Notes: a model not told the origin generated them from the sequence alone. Counted from the first letter of the stretch, positions 1 to 9,704 are shown. The stretch: 64,000 nucleotides of DNA from Planctomycetota bacterium (GCA_031409275.1 JANNXA010000040.1:32001-96000), one strand, 5' to 3'. A program made the numbers and translations.

Positions 1-536
1 TCGGCGAAGGCGGGCTGCGCGGCCACCACCAGAGTCTGCTGCATGCGACGCAGCACGTGCCGCTGCTGATCCGGACGCACGGCGCCCATCCTCAGCACGC
101 CACGCTGGCCGGGCTGCGCGTGAGCGATGCCACCAGCCAGATCGACGTCCTGCCGACCGTGCTCGCGGCGGTCGGACTTCCTGCGGAGCAGGAGGCGCAC
201 GGCATCGACCTGCTGACACTGGCGATGGGCGGCGAAGCGCCCGCGCGCGGCTTCTACCTCGAGGCGTTCCAGCATGCGCTCGGCGGCAAGCGGCTGCAGG
301 GTTGGACGGAAGCGGGCTGGAAGTACCTGCGCGATCAGGCCGGCCACGAGCAGCTGCTGCGCCTCGCTGCGGACGGTCGCGAAACCCACGTCGACGACAA
401 CGGACGCCTCGCCGACTTGCGTGCGCGCCTCGACGCGTGGATCGCGGAACATCCGCAAGCAGGAGGCGCCGGCAGCGCGCCACTGTCGAGCGCCGATGCC
501 GAAGCGTTGAAGGCGCTCGGCTACGCCGACAAGTAG
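1..536 (+). CDS. Sulfatase-like hydrolase, C-terminal part (runs off the window start)
   Basis: Frame open from the window edge; HHQSLLHATQHVPLLIR, SQIDVLPTV and terminal EALKALGY match typical sulfatase C-termini. Confidence 0.75.
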   Translation, partial: GEGGLRGHHQSLLHATQHVPLLIRTHGAHPQHATLAGLRVSDATSQIDVLPTVLAAVGLPAEQEAHGIDLLTLAMGGEAPARGFYLEAFQHALGGKRLQGWTEAGWKYLRDQAGHEQLLRLAADGRETHVDDNGRLADLRARLDAWIAEHPQAGGAGSAPLSSADAEALKALGYADK

Positions 537-542
537 CTCCCG

Positions 543-2096
543 TCAGCGGGCGACCACGAAGGCTCGCAGCGCCGCCACCACTGCGTCGGGCCGCTCGACC
601 GGCAGATAGTGGCCGCTGCCGTCGATGATCGCGACCGTGCTGCCACGGATCGCGGTGGCGAAGCGGCGCGCGTGCAGCGATGGCGGGAAGTTGCGATCCC
701 CTGCTCCCCAGAGCAGGAGCGTCGGCAACGCCAGCGTGGCGATCGCCGCCTGCGCATGCCCCTCTTCATCGCGCGCGAGATCGATCATCGTCCGCCAGTT
801 CGCCGCCGAGTCGAGCACGAGGTAGTTCTCCTGCGCCTCGTCCTCCGGCACCGCTCCGACGAAGGAGATGCGCAGCGCGTCGCGCGTGTCGTCGAGCGAT
901 GTCAGCAAGCGCCCGAACGGCGCCAACGGATGGCGTTTGAGCGGCAGCTCCTCGTCGGGCACTTCGACGTCCGGTCGATGGAAGCCGGAGCTGTCGATCA
1001 GCACCAGCTGCGTCACTCGATCGGGATGGGACGCCGCGAGTCGCAACGCCACCTCACCGCCATACGAGTGGCCGACCACCACCAACGGCGGCGCGCCCAC
1101 CGCGGCCAGGAACTGAGCGAGGAACTCGACCTGCGCCTCGAACGTGCAGGGAGCTGGCAGGGGCGTCGTCGCGCCGTGGCCCGGCAGGTCGGGCACCAGC
1201 AGCTCGAAATCCTCCGCGAGCCCGCGGTAGTCGATGCCATGAACGGTGCGACCGCTGCGGATCAGATGGGTGAACGTGAAGAGGGTCGAGGGAGTGCCGT
1301 GGATCAGCAGCAGCGGCGGCCGTCGGGGAGCGCCGCTCGGCGGTCGCGAGTGCCACCATCGAACCGAGAGAGACGTCGTGCCGCGGGCATGCCGGAACTG
1401 GAGCGGGAGCGTTGCAAGCTCCGCTCCCGCGAGCGGAGCGTTCTTGGCCAATCGCAACAGCGCCGCATGAACCGAAGCCGGACTGCGTCCGCCACCGACG
1501 AACGGCAGCACCACGCCGCACGCCACCAGGATGATCGCGCCAACGGCGATGCGGCGCCGCGACGTCGTCGAGGGAGTGGTCGTCGCGACGGCGGCGGCCC
1601 ACTCGAGCAGCAGCGGCGTCGCCACCGCCCACGCCAGCCCGATGAGGATCAGCGGCGCCAACAGCGGTCGCGTCAACGTCACCGCGCCGAAGCGCTCGGC
1701 GCCGAGGAACGACGAGCCCGAGCCGATGGCGCCGAACAACACTGCAAGCCACGTCCGCGCGCCGAGCCATCGCAGCGGACCGCGCAAGGCCGTCGCAAAG
1801 AGCGCCCACAGGCCGCTGATCCAGAGCGGGCAGAGACCGACGGCGAGACGGCCACCGGGCGGATAGGCCAGCACGCCCCACTGCTCGAACGCCGTGTCGA
1901 TTCCGGTGCCAAAGAGCGCGATGGCCAGCACGATCGCGGCTTCGTGCACCCGCCGGCCCGCGCCGGTGCGAGCGACGTGAAAGAGGAGCAGCGCGACGGT
2001 GGTCGCGACGCCCCACCACGGCCGCCCGGCACCCGCCGCGGCGACGTTGGCGAACCATCCGGCCTGGAACAGGACGAACCCGAGCCAGCCGGTCAT
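543..2096 (-). CDS. DUF2878-like membrane domain fused to an alpha/beta hydrolase
   Basis: ATG 2096 overlaps the cfa stop (ATGA). N-terminus FQAGWFANV...PLWISGLWALFAT...W is DUF2878-like; C-terminus has LLIHGTP, GHSYGG (nucleophile), WGAGD and GHYLPVERP. Confidence 0.8.
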   Translation of the reverse strand: MTGWLGFVLFQAGWFANVAAAGAGRPWWGVATTVALLLFHVARTGAGRRVHEAAIVLAIALFGTGIDTAFEQWGVLAYPPGGRLAVGLCPLWISGLWALFATALRGPLRWLGARTWLAVLFGAIGSGSSFLGAERFGAVTLTRPLLAPLILIGLAWAVATPLLLEWAAAVATTTPSTTSRRRIAVGAIILVACGVVLPFVGGGRSPASVHAALLRLAKNAPLAGAELATLPLQFRHARGTTSLSVRWWHSRPPSGAPRRPPLLLIHGTPSTLFTFTHLIRSGRTVHGIDYRGLAEDFELLVPDLPGHGATTPLPAPCTFEAQVEFLAQFLAAVGAPPLVVVGHSYGGEVALRLAASHPDRVTQLVLIDSSGFHRPDVEVPDEELPLKRHPLAPFGRLLTSLDDTRDALRISFVGAVPEDEAQENYLVLDSAANWRTMIDLARDEEGHAQAAIATLALPTLLLWGAGDRNFPPSLHARRFATAIRGSTVAIIDGSGHYLPVERPDAVVAALRAFVVAR

Positions 2097-3349
2097 CGAC
2101 GGGGCGCCGGCGCGGGCAACGGCGGCAACATCGGAGCAAAACGGCAGCGCTCGCGATCGAACCGCATCTGCACGTCGCCGATCACGCGCTCCTCGAAGCC
2201 GCCCTCGCAGTAGGCGAAGTAGTACTCCCACGCGCGCACCTGCGCGTCCGTGACCCCCATTCGCGCCAACGCCGGCCGTTCCGCGAGGAAACGCAGGCGC
2301 CACTCGCGCAACGTCCGCGCGTAGTGCGGCCCGATCTCGTCGAGCGCGACGAGGCGCAGGTCGCTCGCCTTCGCCGCTGCTCGCGTCAGTGCGCTCACCG
2401 ACGGGATGCAACTGCCAGGGAAGATGTACTTCTGGATGAAGTCGACCGAGCGACGCGCGGCGTCGTAGTGCGCATCGGCGATGACGATCGATTGGATCAC
2501 CGCGGTCCCGTAGGGCACGAGCCGGCGCGCCAGCGTGGCGAAGAAGGTCGGGAACTGGCGCCAGCCGATCGCCTCGACCATCTCGACCGAAACGACCTTG
2601 TCGTAGATGCCGGTCAAGTCGCGGTAGTCCTCGAGGCGCACGTCGACGCGATCGGCGAGTCCGGCGGCGCGGACCTTCTCCACGGCGACCTCATGCTGAC
2701 GGCGCGAGATCGTGGTGGTGGTGACACGACAGCCGTAGCGCGACGCCGCATGGACCGCCAACGCGCCCCAACCCGTTCCGACCTCCAGCAGATGGTCGCC
2801 TGGCACCAGCTCGAGTCGACGACACAGTCGATCGAGCTTCGCCAGTTGCGCCTGCGCGAGCGTCGCCTCCGGTTGCTCCCAGATCGCGCAGGAGTAGGTC
2901 ATCGACTCGTCGAGGAAGAGGCGGAAGAAGTCGTTGCCGAGGTCGTAGTGGTCGGCGATGTTGCGGCGCGCGCCGTCGCGATCGTTGCGGCGCGACGCAT
3001 GGGCGAGACGCAGCAGAGGCAGCGCCAGGCGCGCCAGCCCCGACTCGACCTGCTCGTTCAGCACGCGATTGCGCGCGAAGAGACGCACCAGGGCGACGAG
3101 ATCGCTGCAGCGCCATTCGCCCGCCATGTACGACTCGCCGGCGCCGATCGAGCCGCGCAGCGCCAGGCGCCACCAGAACTCGGGGTCGACGACTTCGATC
3201 GTGACGCGACACGGGAACTCTTCGCTCGCGCGTCCGAACGTCACCCGCGTCGCGCCCTCGACCACGGTGAGCTCGCCCTCTGCGAGCGCGGCGAGGCGCG
3301 CCTGCACGGCGCGTGCGACCTGGCGCGTGAGCCATGAGCGCGCGGCCAT
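2093..3349 (-). CDS. cfa: Cyclopropane-fatty-acyl-phospholipid synthase family SAM methyltransferase (Cfa/UfaM-like)
   Basis: GESYMAGEW, HYDLGNDFF, MTYSCA, LEVGTGWG, VSVEMVEAIG, FIQKYIFPG, WEYYFAYCEGGF. Start is ATG 3349 (alternative TTG 3352). Confidence 0.9.
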   Translation of the reverse strand: MAARSWLTRQVARAVQARLAALAEGELTVVEGATRVTFGRASEEFPCRVTIEVVDPEFWWRLALRGSIGAGESYMAGEWRCSDLVALVRLFARNRVLNEQVESGLARLALPLLRLAHASRRNDRDGARRNIADHYDLGNDFFRLFLDESMTYSCAIWEQPEATLAQAQLAKLDRLCRRLELVPGDHLLEVGTGWGALAVHAASRYGCRVTTTTISRRQHEVAVEKVRAAGLADRVDVRLEDYRDLTGIYDKVVSVEMVEAIGWRQFPTFFATLARRLVPYGTAVIQSIVIADAHYDAARRSVDFIQKYIFPGSCIPSVSALTRAAAKASDLRLVALDEIGPHYARTLREWRLRFLAERPALARMGVTDAQVRAWEYYFAYCEGGFEERVIGDVQMRFDRERCRFAPMLPPLPAPAPRR

Positions 3350-4122
3350 CAACGCTCTCCTTCAGGGGTCGCGACCGCGCGCGGATGGGGATGGAACTTC
3401 GCGCGCTTGAACCACAGCTTGAGCGCCTGCCAGTAGATCGCACCGATCACCTTCGCGGTGATGAACGGATGACGCGCCAGCGCGACCGCCAGCGAGCGGC
3501 CGTCGATGGCGCGACGCTCCATGGTGAGCGTCGCGTCGAACCAGCGCTGCTCGCCACGCCGATTCTCCATGTGCACCACGAGCGCCTCGCCGGCGAGGCG
3601 GAAGGACCAGTGGTAGTCGTAGTCCATCGGCAGGAACGGCGAGACGTGGAACTCCTTGCGGAACTTCGCCTCGACCTGCAGCGGTCGCCCGCTCCCGTCA
3701 GGGACGCGCACGACGTAGGCGTGACGCTCGTTCCATGGCGTGTTGGTGATGTCGGCGACGACCGCCTCCACCGTCTCCCCGTCCGCGGCAAAGCAGTAGT
3801 AGAAGGTCACCGGATTGAAGATGAAGCCGAAGCAGCGCAGGTGCGTCAGCATCCGGACCGGTCCAACGGGACGTCGGCCGAGCTCCGCCGCGACGCGATC
3901 GCGCACCGCGTCCGCGAGCGGTCGCGCCGGATCCCCGAAGTAGTCGGCGCGGCGAAATCGTGCGAGCGCGAAGCGTCGAGTCGACCACAGCCAACGGCCG
4001 CGGAAGACGACGTCGAGCTCGTCGAGGTCGAGCCAGAGCATGAAGAGGCGGTAGTGGAAGTCGCCGGCCGGCGCTTCGACGCGACGATGGCGTACGTCGC
4101 CGAAGTAGAGCGCGCTGTTCAC
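3349..4122 (-). CDS. DUF1365 family protein (UfaO-like)
   Basis: GTG 4122 overlaps the upstream stop; VRHRR...FHYRLFMLWLDLDE, FNPVTFYYC, ITNTPWNERH, KEFHVSPF, IYWQALKLW. Confidence 0.9.
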   Translation of the reverse strand: MNSALYFGDVRHRRVEAPAGDFHYRLFMLWLDLDELDVVFRGRWLWSTRRFALARFRRADYFGDPARPLADAVRDRVAAELGRRPVGPVRMLTHLRCFGFIFNPVTFYYCFAADGETVEAVVADITNTPWNERHAYVVRVPDGSGRPLQVEAKFRKEFHVSPFLPMDYDYHWSFRLAGEALVVHMENRRGEQRWFDATLTMERRAIDGRSLAVALARHPFITAKVIGAIYWQALKLWFKRAKFHPHPRAVATPEGER

Positions 4123-5378
4123 CGCAGCTCCTGTCCGAACGCGCGCGCGACCCGCAATCCGCTCTGCACGCCATCCTCGTGGAAGCCGAAGCCCCAATAG
4201 GCGCCGCAGTAGTGCGTGCGCGCGACGCCGCTGATCTCGGCCCAGCGCGCCTGGGCGGCGAAGCCCGCCGGCGTGTAGACGGGATGGTGATAGGTCATGC
4301 GGCGCAGGACGCGGCCAGCGTCGATCGAATCGCCGCGGTTCAGCGTCACCAGGAACGGCTCGGGCGAATCGAGCGACTGCAATTCGTTCATGTGGTAGGT
4401 GACGGTGACCTTGTGGCGCGGCACGTTCGGCGCGAAGTAGTTCCAGCTCGCCCACGCGCGACGCGAGCGCGGCATGACCGTCGCATCGTGATGGAGGAGC
4501 GCCTCGTTCGCTTGATAGGGCAGTGCGCCCAGCACCGCGGCTTCGGCCGCCGTCGGGTCGGCGAGCACCTTCAAGGCCTGGTCGGAGTGGAGCGCCAGCA
4601 CGACGTGATCGAACCGTTCGCGACCGGCCCGGCTTTCCACCTCGACGCCGTCGCGGTCGCGACGGATGGCGGCGACCGGGCAGGAGAGGCGCACGCGATC
4701 GCGCAGCGGCGCGACCAACGCGTCGACGTAGCGCTGCGACCCGCCCGCGACGACGCGCCACTGCGGCCGCCCTTCGACCTGCAGCATCCCGTGGTGGTCG
4801 AAGAAGTGGACGAAGGGGCGGACCGGGAAATCGGTGACGCGCGCTGCGGGCGTCGACCACAACGACGCCGCCATCGGCACCACGTAGTCGTCGATCAGCT
4901 CGCGCGCGAAACGCCGCCGCATGAGCCACGCACCAAGCGTCTCGTCCGCCGCGGCCCCCTCGCCAGGCGGCGCGGCCAGCAGCTCGCGCGCCTCGCGGTT
5001 GAACCGCAGGATCTCGCGCACCATGCGCCAGAACGAGGGTCGCAGCAGATTGCGCCGCTGCGCGAACAGGCGGTTCAGGTCGGTGCCGTTGTATTCGAGG
5101 CCAGATCGCTCCGCCTGCACGCTGAAGCTCATCGAACTGTCTTGCGCGGTGACGCCCAACCGTTCGAGCAGGCGCGTGAAGCCGGGATAGTTGCGCGTGT
5201 TGAAAACGATGAAACCGGAGTCGACCGCGAAGCGGCGCCCCGCGGCCTCGAGCTCGTGCGTATGGACGTGGCCGCCGAGGCGATCGTCCGCCTCGAAGAG
5301 CGTGATCTCATGGACCGGATGGAGCAGCCACGCGACGACGAGGCCCGAGACGCCGCTGCCGACGACGGCGACCTTCAC
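4119..5378 (-). CDS. FAD-dependent oxidoreductase (UfaD-like, amine-oxidase fold)
   Basis: VAVVGSGVSGL dinucleotide motif, LGGHVHT, VDSGFIVFN, WASWNY, GAYWGFGFHEDG. Confidence 0.9.
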   Translation of the reverse strand: MKVAVVGSGVSGLVVAWLLHPVHEITLFEADDRLGGHVHTHELEAAGRRFAVDSGFIVFNTRNYPGFTRLLERLGVTAQDSSMSFSVQAERSGLEYNGTDLNRLFAQRRNLLRPSFWRMVREILRFNREARELLAAPPGEGAAADETLGAWLMRRRFARELIDDYVVPMAASLWSTPAARVTDFPVRPFVHFFDHHGMLQVEGRPQWRVVAGGSQRYVDALVAPLRDRVRLSCPVAAIRRDRDGVEVESRAGRERFDHVVLALHSDQALKVLADPTAAEAAVLGALPYQANEALLHHDATVMPRSRRAWASWNYFAPNVPRHKVTVTYHMNELQSLDSPEPFLVTLNRGDSIDAGRVLRRMTYHHPVYTPAGFAAQARWAEISGVARTHYCGAYWGFGFHEDGVQSGLRVARAFGQELR

Positions 5379-6343
5379 GAAGCACGGCTCCGGTCGCTGA
5401 CGCCGCGGTCGCGCACCTCGGCCGGCACGTCGCGCAGCCCGCGCACGATCCCGACCGCGGCGAGCAGGCGGAGCACGAGCCAGCTGATGTCGAGCTCGTG
5501 TGGTCGGAAACCCTGGCGCGCCGCCGCGGGGTAGTGGTGATGGTTGTTGTGCCATCCCTCGCCGAACGTCAGCAGCGCGAGCCAGACGTTGTTGCGGCTC
5601 GCGTCCGGCGTCTCGTAGCGACGCGTGCCGAAGACGTGGGCGAGCGAGTTGATGGTGAACGTGCAGTGGTAGAGCACGACGGTCGAGATACAGAAGCCCC
5701 ACACGACGAGCTGCCACCCCGTCGCTCCCGTCTCCGGCCACCAATGCGCGCAGGCGGCACCGGCAGCGTAGAGCGCCGCGAACAGGAACGCCGGCACCGC
5801 GACGTCGAAGCGATCGAGGAAGCGCAGCTCCGGAAAACGTGCGAGGTCGGGGACGTTCTGGATCCGCGTCGGGAAGTTTCGGCGAGAGAGGAACCAGCCG
5901 ACATGGCTCCACCAGAAACCGTGCACGACCGGCGAGTGGGCGTCCGCGGGCTGATCGGAGAACCGGTGGTGATCGCGGTGATGCGCCGCCCACCACAGCG
6001 GCCCGCGCTGGATCGCCGCGGCGCCGAGGCAGGCGAAGAAGAACTGCCAGCCGCGCGAAGTCTCGAACGCGCGGTGCGAGAAATAGCGGTGATAGAAGGC
6101 CGTCAGCGCGAACATCCGCACGGCGTAGAGCCCCGCCGCAACCGCGACGGCGACCACGCTCGCGCCGACCCACGCCACGGCGAGGCAGCCCAGATGGATC
6201 AGCACGAACGGAACGACGCGCGGCCAGTCGATCTTGTCGCGCGTCTCCTGCGCCGCATCCGGCTCGATCGCCTCGGAGTCGATCCAGGCGCCGAGCGCGC
6301 GCCAGCCGCCTACCGCTCGCTTCGATGGCGTCGCCGTCTCCAT
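5375..6343 (-). CDS. Acyl-CoA (delta-9-type) fatty acid desaturase
   Basis: His boxes YHRYFSH, HHRDHH and WHNNHHH; GEGWHNNHH motif; hydrophobic segments. Confidence 0.92.
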   Translation of the reverse strand: METATPSKRAVGGWRALGAWIDSEAIEPDAAQETRDKIDWPRVVPFVLIHLGCLAVAWVGASVVAVAVAAGLYAVRMFALTAFYHRYFSHRAFETSRGWQFFFACLGAAAIQRGPLWWAAHHRDHHRFSDQPADAHSPVVHGFWWSHVGWFLSRRNFPTRIQNVPDLARFPELRFLDRFDVAVPAFLFAALYAAGAACAHWWPETGATGWQLVVWGFCISTVVLYHCTFTINSLAHVFGTRRYETPDASRNNVWLALLTFGEGWHNNHHHYPAAARQGFRPHELDISWLVLRLLAAVGIVRGLRDVPAEVRDRGVSDRSRAS

Positions 6344-7404
6344 CACTTCGCCCGCCCCGCCGCCGCGCGCGGTCGCATCCGGTAGTGCGCCACGAACCAC
6401 TCCTCGCCGCCGCGGAAGCCAAACAGCTCGGCGCAGGCGAGGAAGAAGAGCTTCCAACGCATCCAGACGCGCGCCGCGCCGCCGTGCGCCTCCGCGCCCG
6501 ACTGCGCCAGCACCTCGAGCAGCGCGAGCTTCTCCTGTTCCATCCGCGCGATCCACGCCTCGGAGCTCATCGCGTAGTGGCGGCCGTTCACGCGCCAGTG
6601 GGCGTCGAGCAGCAGGTCGCGCTGCAGCCGCGGCAGCAGCGAGTCGGAGGGCATCATCCCGCCGGTGAAGAAGTGGCGTGCCATCCAGTCGTCGGAGTCC
6701 TTCGCCTCGAACGGATAGGGCAGCTCGCGATGGCAGAAGACATGGAGGAAGAGGCAACCTTCCGGCGTGAGCCATCCGGAGATCCGGCGCAGCAGCTCCT
6801 CCCAGTTGCGCATGTGCTCGAACATCTCGACCGAGACCACGCGATCGAAGCGCGCGCCCGCGTCGAAGGCGTTCATGTCGGCCGTGACGATGCGCACGTT
6901 GGCGAGGCCGCGCGCAGCGGCCTGGCTCTCGATGAACTGGCGCTGGGACGCCGAGTTCGAGACGCCGGTGATGCGCGCCTTGGGAAAACGCTCCGCCAGG
7001 AACAGCGTGAGCGAGCCCCAGCCGCAGCCGAGTTCGAGGATCTGTTGGCCGTCCTCGATCTGCGCCCGCTGCGCGGTCAACGCGAGCATCGACTCCTCGG
7101 CCTGCGCCAGCGTCGTGACGCCCGCTGGCCACCAGGCGCCGCTGTACTTGAGGCGCGGGCCGAGGACCTTCTGGAAGAAGGCGGCCGGCACCTCGTAGTG
7201 CTGCTCGTTGGCCTTCTCGACACTGATCGCGACGGGACTCGTACGCATCTGCGCGAGCCACTGCTCGAGCTTCTCCTGGCGCAGTTCGAGGTCGCCCGGA
7301 TCTTCCGCGGCGAGACGTCGCTCCAACAGGCGCCGGATGCCGACGCGCAACAAGAAGTCGGGCACGCGCCCCGACTCGGCGAGTTCGATGAGGGAATCGC
7401 TCAC
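6343..7404 (-). CDS. SAM-dependent methyltransferase, Cfa-related (coclaurine-N-methyltransferase-like) class
   Basis: ANEQHYEVP, LGPRLKYS, LELGCGWGSL, VSVEMFEHMRN, WMARHFFTGGMMPS. Confidence 0.88.
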   Translation of the reverse strand: MSDSLIELAESGRVPDFLLRVGIRRLLERRLAAEDPGDLELRQEKLEQWLAQMRTSPVAISVEKANEQHYEVPAAFFQKVLGPRLKYSGAWWPAGVTTLAQAEESMLALTAQRAQIEDGQQILELGCGWGSLTLFLAERFPKARITGVSNSASQRQFIESQAAARGLANVRIVTADMNAFDAGARFDRVVSVEMFEHMRNWEELLRRISGWLTPEGCLFLHVFCHRELPYPFEAKDSDDWMARHFFTGGMMPSDSLLPRLQRDLLLDAHWRVNGRHYAMSSEAWIARMEQEKLALLEVLAQSGAEAHGGAARVWMRWKLFFLACAELFGFRGGEEWFVAHYRMRPRAAAGRAK

Positions 7405-8198
7405 GACGCCTCCGTGCGTGGCGGCCACGGGAAGAAGGCGCTGGTTGTGCGCTGGTAGGCGCGGTAGTCGTCGCCGCGCGAACGCAGCGCTTGCGCCTCG
7501 GTCGGCGGAATGCCCGACACGTAGAGGATCAGCAGGACCATCGCCAGCGCGACCGCGACCGGCGCGGCGATCCAGCTGCTGCCCCAAGCCAGCGGCACGT
7601 AGGCCCACCAGTGCAGCCACTCGAAGAAGTAGTTGGGATGGCGCGACCAGCGCCACAGCCCGACGCGACAGCTCTTGCCACGCTGGCTCGGGTCGGCTCG
7701 AAAGCGCGCGAGTTGGCGGTCGGCGATCGACTCGCCGACCAGCGACGTGCAGAAAAGCAGGAGCGCCGCGACGAGCGCGCCCGTCGACAACGGGGCCGGC
7801 AGCGCTGCCAGGACGAAAGGCGACAGCGTCAGCAGCACGGCCAGCAGCGCCTGCGCCTGGAAGAACCAGAAGAACGCGACCTGCGCGGAGCCACCGAAGC
7901 GTGCCCGCAGATCGCGATAGCGGCCATCCTCGGCCTCGCCGCGCAGCCTCACCACGAGGTGAGCCAGCAACCGCGCGCCCCAGACGGCTGCGATGAGCGC
8001 GAGCACGGCGCGGCGGCGGCCATCGCCGCTGCCGAGCGCCGAATGGAGGAGCGTCAGCGCCGCGACCGCCACCGTCCAACCGGCATCGACGATGCCGGCG
8101 TTGTGACGCCGCCGCTGAATCTCCCACAGCAACGCCATCGCTGCGTGGACCACGACCACGGCGACGAGCAGGCCAAGCTGTTGGGACGTCAGGTTCAC
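7401..8198 (-). CDS. DUF1295 family membrane protein (steroid 5-alpha-reductase-like)
   Basis: NAGIVDAGW, EDGRY, ADRQL, GLWRWSRHPNYFFEW, SGIPPTE, YRAYQRTTSAFFPW; GTG 8198 chosen as start. Confidence 0.88.
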   Translation of the reverse strand: MNLTSQQLGLLVAVVVVHAAMALLWEIQRRRHNAGIVDAGWTVAVAALTLLHSALGSGDGRRRAVLALIAAVWGARLLAHLVVRLRGEAEDGRYRDLRARFGGSAQVAFFWFFQAQALLAVLLTLSPFVLAALPAPLSTGALVAALLLFCTSLVGESIADRQLARFRADPSQRGKSCRVGLWRWSRHPNYFFEWLHWWAYVPLAWGSSWIAAPVAVALAMVLLILYVSGIPPTEAQALRSRGDDYRAYQRTTSAFFPWPPRTEAS

Positions 8199-8266
8199 GC
8201 GGTAGGCACCTTTTGAACGAGGCGGACATTCGAGCAGCCAAACGCCATGAGGCAACCGCCGGTTGT

Positions 8267-8292
8267 TACGCGTTCCGCGCGTCGATGGATGG
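8267..8292 (-). promoter_or_regulatory. Candidate sigmaE(ChrR)/ECF11-type promoter CCATCC-N15-GCGTA
   Basis: Minus strand reads CCATCC atcgacgcgcggaac GCGTA about 70 nt upstream of the DUF1295 start. It resembles the TGATCC-N15/16-(G)CGTA consensus of singlet-oxygen sigmaE promoters, as I recall it. Confidence 0.45.
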
Positions 8293-8353
8293 GTCCGCAC
8301 GCGTTGGACGATTCAACGAACGTCTGCTGCGCGGCGCCGCCCAACCGCAGAGC

Positions 8354-9175
8354 TCAGCGCGGCGGAGCGCTCGCGGCGAGGAATCGCGCGACCACGGCGC
8401 TGTCGGCGGCCACGTCCCCGAGCCGCAGCGCCTCGTGACCGCCGGCGACCGGATGGAAGAGCAGCGGCGCTGCCGGCGGACTCGACGCGCGCGCCGCCTG
8501 CGCGATCGCGAAGAGCCGCTGGGCATGGTCGATCGGAACGAGTCGATCGTCGCGGCCGTGGAGCAGCAGCCACGGCAGCTTCAACTCCGCAGCCTTGGCC
8601 GCATTGTCGTAGTGGATGCGCGCGAGCAGGCGCACCGGCAACCATGGGAAGCGCTGCGCACCGACGTCCGGAATCGAGGTGAAGGTCGACTCCGTGATCA
8701 GTGCGGCGAGTGGCCGGCGCCGCGCCAGCTCGACGGCAACGCCACCGCCGAGCGACTCGCCCCACGCGACGATTCGCTCGGGCGCGACACCTTCGCTGCG
8801 CACCCAGTCGTACGCCGCCTCCGCATCCAGGTAGGTCCCCTCCTCCGTCGGATGGCCCTCGCTCTTGCCATAGCCGCGGTAGTCAAAAAGCAGCGTCGAC
8901 CAGCCCATCGATCGAAGCGCGCGCGCGACGGCGATGCGCCCGCTGATCGACCCGGCATTGCCATGGCAATGGACGATCGCTCCGTGCGACGGTGACGCTT
9001 CGATCCACCAGGCGTTGAGCGCGACTCCGTCGGCGGTCCGCAAGGTGAGGTCGCGCAACGGCGGCCGCAGCGGGGGCAGGTGAGTCGGCGGCGGACCGGG
9101 GTACCAGACGAGCTTCTGCTGGAAGAGCGCCATCGAGACGACCGCAAGCAGCCAGGTCAGAAGGAGCGTGCGCAT
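8354..9175 (-). CDS. Alpha/beta hydrolase, ABHD13/Bem46-like, with N-terminal membrane anchor
   Basis: FQQKLVWYP, HCHGNAG, FDYRGYGKS, GESLGG, HGRDDRLVP, GGH. Start uncertain (9175 or up to ~9253). Confidence 0.85.
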   Translation of the reverse strand: MRTLLLTWLLAVVSMALFQQKLVWYPGPPPTHLPPLRPPLRDLTLRTADGVALNAWWIEASPSHGAIVHCHGNAGSISGRIAVARALRSMGWSTLLFDYRGYGKSEGHPTEEGTYLDAEAAYDWVRSEGVAPERIVAWGESLGGGVAVELARRRPLAALITESTFTSIPDVGAQRFPWLPVRLLARIHYDNAAKAAELKLPWLLLHGRDDRLVPIDHAQRLFAIAQAARASSPPAAPLLFHPVAGGHEALRLGDVAADSAVVARFLAASAPPR

Positions 9176-9251
9176 GGTGGTCACCAGCAGCGGCGGAAGG
9201 CGTCTCTTGCTTCGAGCGACTGAACTCAACGTCGGCATGGAGCGCATCGCC

Positions 9252-9704
9252 ATGGCATGGAGACTCTCTTCGATCCGAAGCGTCCTGGCGGGTCTGCTGA
9301 TGGCGTCGATCGCCAGCGCCGCGGCGCCATGGCATCGGACGGCAACGAGCGCGAACGGTGAGGCGAGAGTCGTCTCCGCCGAGGAGCGGCGCACGTTCTA
9401 TCGAACCGCGGCGAAGGAGCTGCTCGGGCGAACCGTCCACCTCCACGTGGAGGCCGAGGTGTTACGCAAGACGCCGCACGAGTTCACCGATCGCTCGGGC
9501 GCGCGCTGGGTCCGCTTCGAGAATCGCGGCGTTCCCCTCACCATCCCGGCGCGCGCTGCCTGCTGGCTCCAGGTGCGCCGCCACCTCGATGGCGCCAAGG
9601 AGTTCTGCCTCCACGGCCGCGTGCGGATGGTCCCAGACGACGAGCGGCAGCGCGCAGGCGTGGAAGTCAGCCGCATCGCCCGCGCTCCCGGCTCGTGGCG
9701 GTGA
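9252..9704 (+). CDS. Small hypothetical protein with probable signal peptide
   Basis: MAWRLSSIRSVLAGLLMASIASAAA signal-like N-terminus, then a beta-rich segment; GC3-rich codons. Start 9237 or 9252. Confidence 0.6.
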   Translation: MAWRLSSIRSVLAGLLMASIASAAAPWHRTATSANGEARVVSAEERRTFYRTAAKELLGRTVHLHVEAEVLRKTPHEFTDRSGARWVRFENRGVPLTIPARAACWLQVRRHLDGAKEFCLHGRVRMVPDDERQRAGVEVSRIARAPGSWR

